31,224 bases of DNA, taken from IMG/VR virus record IMGVR_UViG_3300036985_001915, positions 1 to 31,224 of that record. One strand, written 5' to 3'. The position numbers and the translations under genes were made by a program. A model generated the notes under the pieces. That model had not been told where the DNA came from. It made no database searches and worked only from the letters and a program-made list of their open reading frames with translations. This document shows, piece after piece, positions 23,607 through 31,224 of the stretch (within the stretch, counting starts at the first letter, position 1; each line of letters starts with the position of its first letter). The stretch comes from a virus (lineage: Duplodnaviria > Caudoviricetes).

Positions 23607-25205
23607 TCAAAAAAACAGGTGGATGATGGATTGAATGGCGATCTGGGTGTTGCGCGCACGTTGCACCGCCCTGGCCACCATGGCGATCGCCGCCGTCAGT
23701 TCGGCGCGCTCTTGCTCCAGGCGGATTGTCTCCCGGTTCGCCTGGCTGTGCTCATCGAGGGCGCGAGTGAACGCGGACAGCTCCAGCCCCTGGGCATCGA
23801 GCATCGCCTGGTTGGTGCGCAGCTCCAGCGCGTAGGCATCGAGCTCCACCTGGTCGGCGCGGAGTTGGTCGAGATCCCGTTGCATCGACTGGATGGATAG
23901 CTGGGTGCGCCGCAGCTCCGCCTGGGCTCGCGCCGCATCGTTGGCTCGAACGCTCGACGGTCGTGGCGCCTGCACGTCGTAACGCCTGGCGTACTCCTCC
24001 ACATGCTGCCGGCGTAGTTCCCGAGCCCGAGCCCGAGCCGTCGACGGATCCGCCAGTCCATTGTTGACCGCGCCAGGGTTGAACTGCGTCAGCAGGGTGA
24101 CCGTGCCGATGCCGGTGAATGTCCCGGAAACAGGGAAGTTGGCGCCGCCTGGCGTGAAGACAGTGCCCAGGGTGACCGTGCCGATCGCAGTGAAGGCGCG
24201 GTTGATGCCGACGTCCAGCGTGAGGTCGTTGGTGCCGACGCCCGTGAAGGCGCGGTTGATGCCGACGGCCAGCGTCAGGTCGCTGGTGCCGATGCCGGTG
24301 TAGACGAGCACGCGGCCGGCGACCAGCACTTTGGTCATCGCCAGGGTGCCGATGCCAGTGAACGCCCGGTTGATGCCGACGTCTTTGGTCAGTCCCAGCG
24401 TGCCGACACCCGAATAACTGAACGGCTTGCCGACTGTCAGATCCAGGTTGGCGGTGCCGATGCCGGTGAAGGCTTTGTTGCCCAGGTTGACGCCGATCGT
24501 CAGATCGTTGGTGCCGACGCCTGAGAACGTGCCGGTCACCGGCGTATTCGTGCCGCTCGCTGGCGCGGCGCTGACTATCATGTTGTCCAGCGTCACCGGC
24601 GTGGTGATCGTCTGCACGGTCGGCGCGATCTTGGTGGCTGTCGTGTGCTGGTTGGCGACCTGGGTGGAGATCAGCACGCCATTGATATACAAGGTCGACG
24701 ATGTGCCGCTCGTCTCGATGCGGATCTTGTAGGTCGTGGACGTGTTGAACGTGAACGCGCCAGACCCTATCGTGGACTGAGCGCCTGCGGTGTACCTGTA
24801 AAAGTTCCAGTCGTCGTTTGGCTCGCGGAGATTCCAGAAATAATTATTATTGAAGTCAGCCCAGCGGATAAAGATGCCGAGCCGGTGCCCTGACGTGGAC
24901 GATATAACCCAGTCAAACTCCAGGACGTAGTCGGTGACGCCGGTGTCGTAGGTGTACCCGCAGAACGTGGTGTCGAATTCGAGCTGGTTGCTCTGAATCT
25001 CAGTGGCGTTGGCGGCCGGCGTTCCGCCGGCTGGTTGAATTTGCTCGATGACATACGCAGAGCCGGGGACGTTGATGTCCGGGGTGTGAGCATTGATGTC
25101 GACGCCGCTCGTGTCGGTGAACGTGTCGTACAGCAGGACTTGCCGCCCTTGCAGCGTCCGTCCTGCGGCAACTGGCCTACTGGCTGTCGGCCTGCCGCTT
25201 ATCAT
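23607..25205 (-). CDS. Structural/fibre-like protein: lectin (ConA/LamG-like) domain, FTGIGT repeats, C-terminal coiled coil
   Basis: YDTFTD...YKIRIE.SG....LYINGVLI..LDNMIV beta-sandwich, about eight ~18-aa (F/Y)(T/S)G(I/V)GT repeats (24073-24540), heptad tail. Confidence 0.7.
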   Translation of the reverse strand: MISGRPTASRPVAAGRTLQGRQVLLYDTFTDTSGVDINAHTPDINVPGSAYVIEQIQPAGGTPAANATEIQSNQLEFDTTFCGYTYDTGVTDYVLEFDWVISSTSGHRLGIFIRWADFNNNYFWNLREPNDDWNFYRYTAGAQSTIGSGAFTFNTSTTYKIRIETSGTSSTLYINGVLISTQVANQHTTATKIAPTVQTITTPVTLDNMIVSAAPASGTNTPVTGTFSGVGTNDLTIGVNLGNKAFTGIGTANLDLTVGKPFSYSGVGTLGLTKDVGINRAFTGIGTLAMTKVLVAGRVLVYTGIGTSDLTLAVGINRAFTGVGTNDLTLDVGINRAFTAIGTVTLGTVFTPGGANFPVSGTFTGIGTVTLLTQFNPGAVNNGLADPSTARARARELRRQHVEEYARRYDVQAPRPSSVRANDAARAQAELRRTQLSIQSMQRDLDQLRADQVELDAYALELRTNQAMLDAQGLELSAFTRALDEHSQANRETIRLEQERAELTAAIAMVARAVQRARNTQIAIQSIIHLFF

Positions 25206-25208
25206 GGA

Positions 25209-26129
25209 TCACCAGCTGACGATTATGACGAGGCCGGATCCGCCTGCACCGCCACGCCCTCCTGTGATCCCACCGCCGCCACCGCCGCCACCGGAGCCGT
25301 AAGCACCAGCGCCGCCTGCGCCTGCCGTGCCCGCGCCGCCGGTCGCACCGCCTGCGCCGCCATACAGTGCGCGCTGAATCTCGCCTTCGCCGCCCAAGTT
25401 GTACCCACCCGCGCCCGCACCACCCGGCGCAATGCCGCCCGATATGGTGACCAACCGCGTGGACGCGATGCCTACCTGCGCGCCACCAGCGAACTGGGTG
25501 TTAGCTGCTGGAGTGGTGCCGCCACCAGAGCCGCCGTTCCCCGGTGTCAGAATGGTCCACAGGGTGTTATTTAAGCCTGCGCCGCCACCAACAACCCCGC
25601 CCGCAGCACCGACTTTGCCTTCAACAAAGGATGCTAAACCGCAGCTGCTTAACACCGACAGGGCTGTGGTGGAGATGGTTTCCGCCGTGCCTCCTGTTGC
25701 TGAACCGGCTGTTGAGCCGGCCGTGCCGCCGCCCGCCGCCGCCGCGCCACTTACGAGGACAGCGTTTTCGTTGATGTTGTTGGTGTTTAGGCAGGTGACG
25801 AAGCTGCGCCCGCCAGCGCCCCCGGCTACCGTTGCCGCGCCCCCCGCGCCGCCCGCGCCCACTTGGACGAACAGCTGGTTGGGCAGGAACCAGAGTGGGA
25901 TGAGGCAGCGAGCAATTGCGCCGCCACCACCGCCACCACCGCCGCCCCTCACTGTAGCCGTTAAGCCGGTCATGCCGCCACCGCCACCGCCACCGCCACC
26001 GATCGCGATTATCATCGCCATCGTGTGGCCCCGTGGATTTGTCCACATCTGGATGTTCGAGGCGTTGCCGAATGCAGTGAAAATCTGCTGGTTAGACTTG
26101 TTTGGGAGCCCGTAGACGCTGCGAGCCAT
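25209..26129 (-). CDS. Glycine-rich fibre/decoration protein
   Basis: IIAIGGGGGGGGG...VQVGAGGAGG...YGSGGGGGGG..GGAGGSGLVIIVSW, the phage glycine-rich domain pattern. Confidence 0.8.
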   Translation of the reverse strand: MARSVYGLPNKSNQQIFTAFGNASNIQMWTNPRGHTMAMIIAIGGGGGGGGGMTGLTATVRGGGGGGGGGAIARCLIPLWFLPNQLFVQVGAGGAGGAATVAGGAGGRSFVTCLNTNNINENAVLVSGAAAAGGGTAGSTAGSATGGTAETISTTALSVLSSCGLASFVEGKVGAAGGVVGGGAGLNNTLWTILTPGNGGSGGGTTPAANTQFAGGAQVGIASTRLVTISGGIAPGGAGAGGYNLGGEGEIQRALYGGAGGATGGAGTAGAGGAGAYGSGGGGGGGGITGGRGGAGGSGLVIIVSW

Positions 26130-26130
26130 C

Positions 26131-26589
26131 TTAGTAGTCGCCGCCGAAGACGGTCGCCTGCCAGCTGCTGTTAGCCGCCGCCGCGTGGTGGAGACTCATC
26201 AGAATGGTCTGGTTCGCGGGCAGCACGAAGTCGCACGGGATCTCCATGTAACTTACAGCCGTGGTCGGCGCGTCAACGGTCTGCGAGGGCAATGCCAGCT
26301 CGGCAAACGGGAATGTGTTGTCTCGTGTCGTCGCGCCAGACGTCACCGTCGACGTGTAGAAACGGGCGCAGCTCGCCGTGGTCGCCGTGCTCGCAGTCGA
26401 GCCAGACGGGAACAGCCTGATCCTGTCGATATACGCGCCGTTCGCGCCAGCGGTGAAGATTTTCACCATGTCGGTGGCAATGGTGCCCACGCCGTCTGAG
26501 CGAGTGTTCGCGGTTAGCGCGGACGTCCAGATGCCGACGTTTAAGGCGTTGCCTTGTTTGCTGAATATCGGGTCTACGTTTCCCGGCAT
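26131..26589 (-). CDS. Putative structural protein (beta-rich)
   Basis: P.F...ANT..DG.GT...IFTAGANGAYIDRIR...LPA...GGDY pattern; sits inside the fibre cassette. Confidence 0.7.
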   Translation of the reverse strand: MPGNVDPIFSKQGNALNVGIWTSALTANTRSDGVGTIATDMVKIFTAGANGAYIDRIRLFPSGSTASTATTASCARFYTSTVTSGATTRDNTFPFAELALPSQTVDAPTTAVSYMEIPCDFVLPANQTILMSLHHAAAANSSWQATVFGGDY

Positions 26590-26945
26590 TATCGTCTCCC
26601 GACTACGTCACCTATGCCGCGCCAACGTGGTGTGGTGCGGATAGCTGGTTGCGTTGCATATATGTTCTTAGTACCCGCCGCGAAGTTCACCAGGGCATTC
26701 GCGTTGCTGGATTCGATGACGCCGCGCACGAACGTCGTTGCGGCCGAAAGGTAACCCAGTCCGGTTTCCCACTCCCCTGTCGGCACCCCTATCGCGTTGA
26801 TCCCTTCGATGCAGTAAGGAATCCACACGTTCTGCCCGTAAGCGGCGTTCAGTGTCCTGAATCCCGTCACTGCGCCGGCTGTGGTCACGTTGCCGGTGCC
26901 GGTCGTCGTCGTCGTCTCCAGGCATCGGTCGAAGTACAGCGGCAT
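26589..26945 (-). CDS. Putative fibre-anchor-like structural protein
   Basis: DR..ETTTTTGTG..T.AGAVTGF...WETGLG...SSNANALVNFAAGTK.IY.T.PA, a motif I recognise as the N-terminus of longer podovirus fibres. Confidence 0.7.
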   Translation of the reverse strand: MPLYFDRCLETTTTTGTGNVTTAGAVTGFRTLNAAYGQNVWIPYCIEGINAIGVPTGEWETGLGYLSAATTFVRGVIESSNANALVNFAAGTKNIYATQPAIRTTPRWRGIGDVVGRR

Positions 26946-26948
26946 CGA

Positions 26949-27308
26949 TCAGGACCAGGTCAGCGTAAAGGTGAAGGTGATCGAGTCGTTCAGCACCAGG
27001 GGAATGCCCGCGAAGTCCGAATGGAGCAGGAGCACGCCGGCCGCGGCCAGGCTCAGGATGCCGGCGTTGGTGATCGTCTTGGTGCCGTTGGCAATGATGG
27101 TGCCGACGAATTTATTCTGGTTGGCGGCCGGTTGGGATTGCACAGTCGCCACCCTGGCCTCGGATGCCTCGGTGAATAGCGTGGTGTCGGCCTTTGCCGC
27201 GGTGCCGGCGCCAGTGCCCCAGCCTACGCGCCAGGTCGGAACGGCTGCGGTGCCGTCCACCAGGTCGGCGGTGATTTCCTCTCCTGCGTCAGTGTAGATG
27301 TCAGCCAC
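26949..27308 (-). CDS. Collar-fibre-like structural protein
   Basis: T.AG.........GWGTG......DT.L.TE...ITNAGI.....G.L.....F..I.....DSITFT.TL pattern of phage collar/decoration domains. GTG start. Confidence 0.65.
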   Translation of the reverse strand: MADIYTDAGEEITADLVDGTAAVPTWRVGWGTGAGTAAKADTTLFTEASEARVATVQSQPAANQNKFVGTIIANGTKTITNAGILSLAAAGVLLLHSDFAGIPLVLNDSITFTFTLTWS

Positions 27309-27489
27309 GGTCAGGCTCCTGGGTTGTGCAAGGTTGGGAATCTGGCGTCATTGGCGTCATGGCGTCACTGATGAGCTGCGCCACCTGGGCCTCGGACACC
27401 TCGACGGGTGCGTATATGGTTTCAACGGTCCCGTCTGCGCGACGGATCGTCATCTCCAGGCTGGCGGTCGCCTTGGCTCGGCTGTTCAT
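27301..27489 (-). CDS. Small hypothetical protein
   Basis: 62 aa containing IRRADGTVE; ATGA-coupled to the portal stop. Confidence 0.6.
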   Translation of the reverse strand: MNSRAKATASLEMTIRRADGTVETIYAPVEVSEAQVAQLISDAMTPMTPDSQPCTTQEPDRG

Positions 27490-30056
27490 TCTTCCTCCTC
27501 GGTTGAATACTCGGGGACACCCTCCAGGATGTTGCCGGCGTCGTCGTACTCGAAACGAATTCGCTCAGGCCGTTGCCCCAGGTTGACGTTGATGTTCATG
27601 GCCTGCCCACTGGCGGCGCCGTTCGATGCCTTGCCTTTGGTTGGGCTCGCATCCACGAGCTCGCCGTCCTCCTCCTCCTCCTCGCGCTGCATCTGGCTGG
27701 CCTCCATGGCCGCGGCCGTGGCCTGCATCTTGCGATCGACGAAGCCTTTGACGCGCTCCAGGATCTCGATGGTGGCCTCGGACAGCTGCGCGTCGGTGGC
27801 TTCTTCGTGCGCCTTCGGGTTGATCTCGTGCTCCTCCAGCACCTGGCGGATCATATCCTCCACTTGCTTGAGCAGCTCGGCGTTCTGTCGTTGCTGGTCC
27901 TGCGCCTGGCCGGCGGCGTCGCCCGCTGCCGCCATCTCGCCCTGGATCCTGGCAACGTCGGCTTCGGCGGTCTTGATCTTGGCGTCGGCCTGCGCCTTGT
28001 CGGCGTCTGCGGTGGCCATCTCGGCTTCGGCTTTCGCCATCATCGCCTGGATCTTCTTGTCCTCCAGCTCCTGCTGCTTCTGCGCCAGGATCATCTCGGG
28101 CGTCGGCTCGGGTTGCCATGGCTGGCCGTCCTTCATCAACTGGCCGTCCTCGCCCTTCGTGACGCCCTTCGGCAGATCCTCCAGCTTTTCTTCCTCGGTC
28201 TTCAGCTGCTCGGGTAGCATCTTGCGCAGCACGGCCGACACTTCGTCGGAGCCTGGCACGCCCAGGTTCTTGACGATCAGGTGGACGATGTTGGCCGCCA
28301 CTTCGGGAGGCAGTGTCTTCAGCAGCTCCATCTGGAGGTCGGCCGCTTCCTGGCGCTGGGTGGCGTAGCTCGGCCCAGTCTCCAGCACCACGTCGAATTT
28401 GCCGGCGTTGATGTCCGCCACCAGGTACGTCCGGCCCGTCGCCTGGTCCATCACGGTCTGGTTGATCTCCACGAAGTCCTCGCCGCCGTCTGGCAGCCGG
28501 ACGCGCAGCACGCGCTGGGTGTCCATGATCTGCGGGATGGCTTCGACCAGGAGCCGGCCCATCTGCTCGATGGCGCGGCCCAGGTTGTCCGGGAACTGGA
28601 AAGTGCTGGTGGCGCCGGCGTTCTGCCTGGCGATGATCGCCTTGCCCGACTTCTCGTTGCTGACTCGGCCCAGGTTGGCGTCGTGCAGGCCGATGATGCT
28701 CTGCATGTCCTCGCCATCTTGCGATGCGTTCTGGAGCTCGGCCGCGGCGGTGTTCGGCGGTTGCACCCTGGTCGGCGGCGCCACACCCTCGACGTGGTTG
28801 TAAATCAGGTAGGGGAAGTTCTTCTGGTTGGCCTGCTCGAAGCGGTCCTCGTGGCCGGCGACTTGCTTGGCGGTCGCCATGTAGGGAGCGCGAGGCTGGA
28901 GCGCCACCACCTCGGCGGCCGCGGTGCGCCAGTAGTTGTACGATCGGGCGGCGTCCTTCGCGTGGCGGATGGCGCTTTCGTAGTGGGTCATGCCCTCGAC
29001 GATCATCTCCTCGCCGAATACCGGGAAGATCGGCACGGCGCTGAATGGCAAGTCGACCGGCCCCTCCAGGACATCGCGTGCCGTCATGCGGCGCCAGGTG
29101 CAGACGGGTCGCTTCACCTTCTTCGCCATCAGCTCGCGGTCAGCCCCGCGAACCACATGCACACCAGACTCCTGCTCCATGTCGTCGAGTACGGCCGCCA
29201 CCTGGGATCGGTAGACGGCCTTGCCGTTCGACAGCATCAGCACCTCGTCGTCGCGGTATTCGATCTTGTAGTAGTTGGTGACGCGCACGCCGTCTCGGTT
29301 CCACCAACCTTGCATGGCGCCGCCGGCGGTTGGTCCGGCGAAGTCGCTGGGGTTCTTGCCCGGATACTTGGCGTCGAACGTCTTGCGGGACATCCATTCC
29401 CAGGTAAAAGCGTCCTGAGCGTCGCGGTAGTCGGCTTCCTGGGCATCCGGGTCGAGCGTGACGCAGTATGAGTCTTTGACGCGATGGATCACCAGATCCT
29501 GGACGAATGGATTGTCCCGGCTCCACTCGTTTCCCAGCATGAAGTAGCCAAAGCCGTGGTCGACTGCGTTTTTGGTGGCGGTGTCATATGCCTGGTCGGC
29601 TCGGGATATGTGCTCGATGTTGCGGATCAGGCCCGAATACACGTCGGCCAGGGAGTAGTCGCGGGTGCCGGCCAGGTTGCTGACTCGGCCCTGTTTGGCG
29701 TGGTTTGTCTCCACCGGCGTCACCTTCAGCTGCGGCCGCTCCTTGCGCACTGCGTTGGTGATCTGGCGACAGAAAGCCGGGAACAGGTTGTACGTCAGGA
29801 CCGGGCGGCGCTCGTCGATGCGATCCTTGCGGAGTTGCTCAGGCCAGTGATTGCCGACAATGAAATTGTCGTCGTCCATCGCCTCCTGGTGGATCACTGA
29901 CCAGAAAGACTGGTGAATCTGCCAGCGGTCGAGAATGCCGCGAATCTCGTCATCTTGGTACGCCTTGCTGTCCTCGCGCTCGTAGTCCGAGTCGACTAAC
30001 AGCAGTGCGTCATTCGGCAGCTGGTCGGGGAGCGTGGTCGGGTCGTTCGTCGCCAT
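27486..30056 (-). CDS. Portal protein, P22 gp1-like
   Basis: DD.F..G.HWP...RPVLTYN...G.GY...DPDA...D..DA...IRHAKD..R.YNYW...SNEKSGKAI.ARQ...GKFDV....GPSYATQRQEA, with a long helical C-terminal barrel. Confidence 0.95.
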   Translation of the reverse strand: MATNDPTTLPDQLPNDALLLVDSDYEREDSKAYQDDEIRGILDRWQIHQSFWSVIHQEAMDDDNFIVGNHWPEQLRKDRIDERRPVLTYNLFPAFCRQITNAVRKERPQLKVTPVETNHAKQGRVSNLAGTRDYSLADVYSGLIRNIEHISRADQAYDTATKNAVDHGFGYFMLGNEWSRDNPFVQDLVIHRVKDSYCVTLDPDAQEADYRDAQDAFTWEWMSRKTFDAKYPGKNPSDFAGPTAGGAMQGWWNRDGVRVTNYYKIEYRDDEVLMLSNGKAVYRSQVAAVLDDMEQESGVHVVRGADRELMAKKVKRPVCTWRRMTARDVLEGPVDLPFSAVPIFPVFGEEMIVEGMTHYESAIRHAKDAARSYNYWRTAAAEVVALQPRAPYMATAKQVAGHEDRFEQANQKNFPYLIYNHVEGVAPPTRVQPPNTAAAELQNASQDGEDMQSIIGLHDANLGRVSNEKSGKAIIARQNAGATSTFQFPDNLGRAIEQMGRLLVEAIPQIMDTQRVLRVRLPDGGEDFVEINQTVMDQATGRTYLVADINAGKFDVVLETGPSYATQRQEAADLQMELLKTLPPEVAANIVHLIVKNLGVPGSDEVSAVLRKMLPEQLKTEEEKLEDLPKGVTKGEDGQLMKDGQPWQPEPTPEMILAQKQQELEDKKIQAMMAKAEAEMATADADKAQADAKIKTAEADVARIQGEMAAAGDAAGQAQDQQRQNAELLKQVEDMIRQVLEEHEINPKAHEEATDAQLSEATIEILERVKGFVDRKMQATAAAMEASQMQREEEEEDGELVDASPTKGKASNGAASGQAMNINVNLGQRPERIRFEYDDAGNILEGVPEYSTEEEE

Positions 30057-30071
30057 GTCGTGAGATCCTTG

Positions 30072-30803
30072 TCACCATTCGCCCCCAGGTGACCGGCCGG
30101 ATCGAGCGATCGGCTTGCCCTGGAAGGCGTTCGGCGTGTTGAACAGGTAGCGCGTGCAGTCCATCAGGTGATCGAACCGTTTCACGATCTTCCCCTTTTC
30201 GTCCCGGCGATAGAGTCGATACTCCTTCTGCCACTGGACGCAAGTCGTGAACACCTTCAGGCGGCCAGTCTGCATCAGGACCAGACAATGCCGCAATCCA
30301 GAATGCACAGCGTTGTTGGCGTTCATCAGCTGGAGCCCCAGATCCTCGTACTCCTGTTTCAGTTTGGAACCATCTTTTTGACTTCCAACATTGTCACCCG
30401 CCGGATCGATGCACCCCTCCAGGTTGCGCCAGGGGAGCATGGCCCTGATCGACGCCGCATGGATCACGGGCTCGTTGCGTTGGCCGTAGTATTCCGCGAT
30501 GACGTAATGCTGGTCAGTGTCCGGGTTCCTGGCGCCCAGGAGGCTGGCGGTGTAGTTCCAGCCAGGGTCAAGCGCATAGCCCAGCTCCCACCAGTCCGGG
30601 ATGGCGAATGGCCGGACGAACAGCTCCGACTCGCTCACCGGGTAGATGGCGCCAGATCCCAGGCTCGGCCGGCCCTTCTCCCTGGCTTCGCGCTCGTGAG
30701 GCAGCAAGCCTTCGAGGATTGACTCGCGCTCGGCCTCGTCGACGATCGGTGGCTGGAGATGCGGCACGTCCTGGTGACCGATCAGGTCGATGTACTTGCT
30801 CAC
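30072..30803 (-). CDS. Terminase large subunit, C-terminal nuclease half only (P22 gp2-like)
   Basis: DVPHL...PHEREAREKGRPSLGSGAIYP...ALDPGWN...GRLKVF.TC....EYRLYRRDEKGKIVK..DHLMDCTRY closely follows the P22 gp2 C-terminal half. GTG start with AAGGA RBS; an in-frame TGA lies ~17 codons upstream. Confidence 0.9.
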   Translation of the reverse strand: MSKYIDLIGHQDVPHLQPPIVDEAERESILEGLLPHEREAREKGRPSLGSGAIYPVSESELFVRPFAIPDWWELGYALDPGWNYTASLLGARNPDTDQHYVIAEYYGQRNEPVIHAASIRAMLPWRNLEGCIDPAGDNVGSQKDGSKLKQEYEDLGLQLMNANNAVHSGLRHCLVLMQTGRLKVFTTCVQWQKEYRLYRRDEKGKIVKRFDHLMDCTRYLFNTPNAFQGKPIARSGRSPGGEW

Positions 30804-31150
30804 AATGCGTCCTTGCGCGCCACGATCCGAATGCCCGACAGGCTGATGGCGTCAACGCCGACACGTTTGGAGATGTAGGTCCAGCACCGCTGGCGGTCGA
30901 TGGCCTGCTGCATCCGGTTGGTTTCGGTCAACACCTCCATGCGGAACGGGCGATCGGTGATGCTGGCGCAGCTCACGCGCAACGCGGGCACCAGCTCGAC
31001 CAGGATGGCGCGCGCCTCGGCCTCGCTTTGCACCAGGTACGCCAGCGCCTCGGGGTTATCGGCCGCGAATTGGGCGAACAGGTCCAACACGTTGAGGCGT
31101 TTCGGTTCGGTTGCATCTGGCTGTGAGGCAGGGTCCACAGAATCCATCAT
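30800..31150 (-). CDS. Hypothetical protein
   Basis: ATG at 31150 preceded by AAGGAG. Its TGA overlaps the terminase-fragment GTG. No Walker motifs. Confidence 0.6.
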   Translation of the reverse strand: MMDSVDPASQPDATEPKRLNVLDLFAQFAADNPEALAYLVQSEAEARAILVELVPALRVSCASITDRPFRMEVLTETNRMQQAIDRQRCWTYISKRVGVDAISLSGIRIVARKDAL

Positions 31151-31223
31151 TGAAAATGGCTCCTTCACGGTCGAGGATCTCGCCACAGTCGTGGCACTTA
31201 CGTCGGTAATAGGGTTTCAGCAT
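31056..31223 (-). CDS. Possible small zinc-ribbon protein (may extend beyond the window)
   Basis: Translated by hand: MLKPYYRRKCHDCGEILDREGAIFNDGFCGPCLTARC...; two CxxC motifs. Overlaps the next gene by ~95 nt. Confidence 0.3.
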   Translation of the reverse strand: MLKPYYRRKCHDCGEILDREGAIFNDGFCGPCLTARCNRTETPQRVGPVRPIRGR

Positions 31224-31224
31224 C

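Noticed and set aside
25209-26129. ccgcca-type microsatellites
   Set aside because: Fully explained by poly-glycine codons.
416-31150. Genome-wide stop-codon reassignment (several TGA stops are followed in frame by the next gene)
   Set aside because: Genes are full-length under the standard code, many TGA stops are in ATGA overlaps, and portal and endolysin have their own RBS.
1-31224. tRNA, rRNA, integrase, transposase or intein
   Set aside because: Intergenic gaps are too short for RNA genes, and I saw no such protein motifs.

Overview
High-GC bacteriophage (or prophage) DNA. It carries a nearly complete P22-like podovirus late (morphogenesis) operon on the minus strand. Reading right to left: a hypothetical gene; a stand-alone C-terminal (nuclease) half of a P22 gp2-type large terminase; portal; a six-gene fibre/decoration-like cassette; an M15-type endolysin; scaffold; P22-type coat protein; a gp4-like adaptor with an inserted domain; a repeat-containing tail fibre; a gp10-like tail hub; a cupin-like protein; two ejection proteins; a 3248-aa polyvalent ejection-type protein; and a five-gene membrane/lysis cassette. 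A partial FN3-like gene converges from the left edge. The most notable items are: (i) an apparently intact GGDEF diguanylate cyclase lacking an I-site, embedded with JAB, ART-like, zincin and LPD38-like domains in the giant protein that is probably injected; (ii) the split terminase; (iii) mutually exclusive hairpins over the coat-protein RBS; (iv) a lysis-like cassette with a lipoprotein and two small paralogous helical proteins. All family calls come from motif recognition by eye; no database searches were run.
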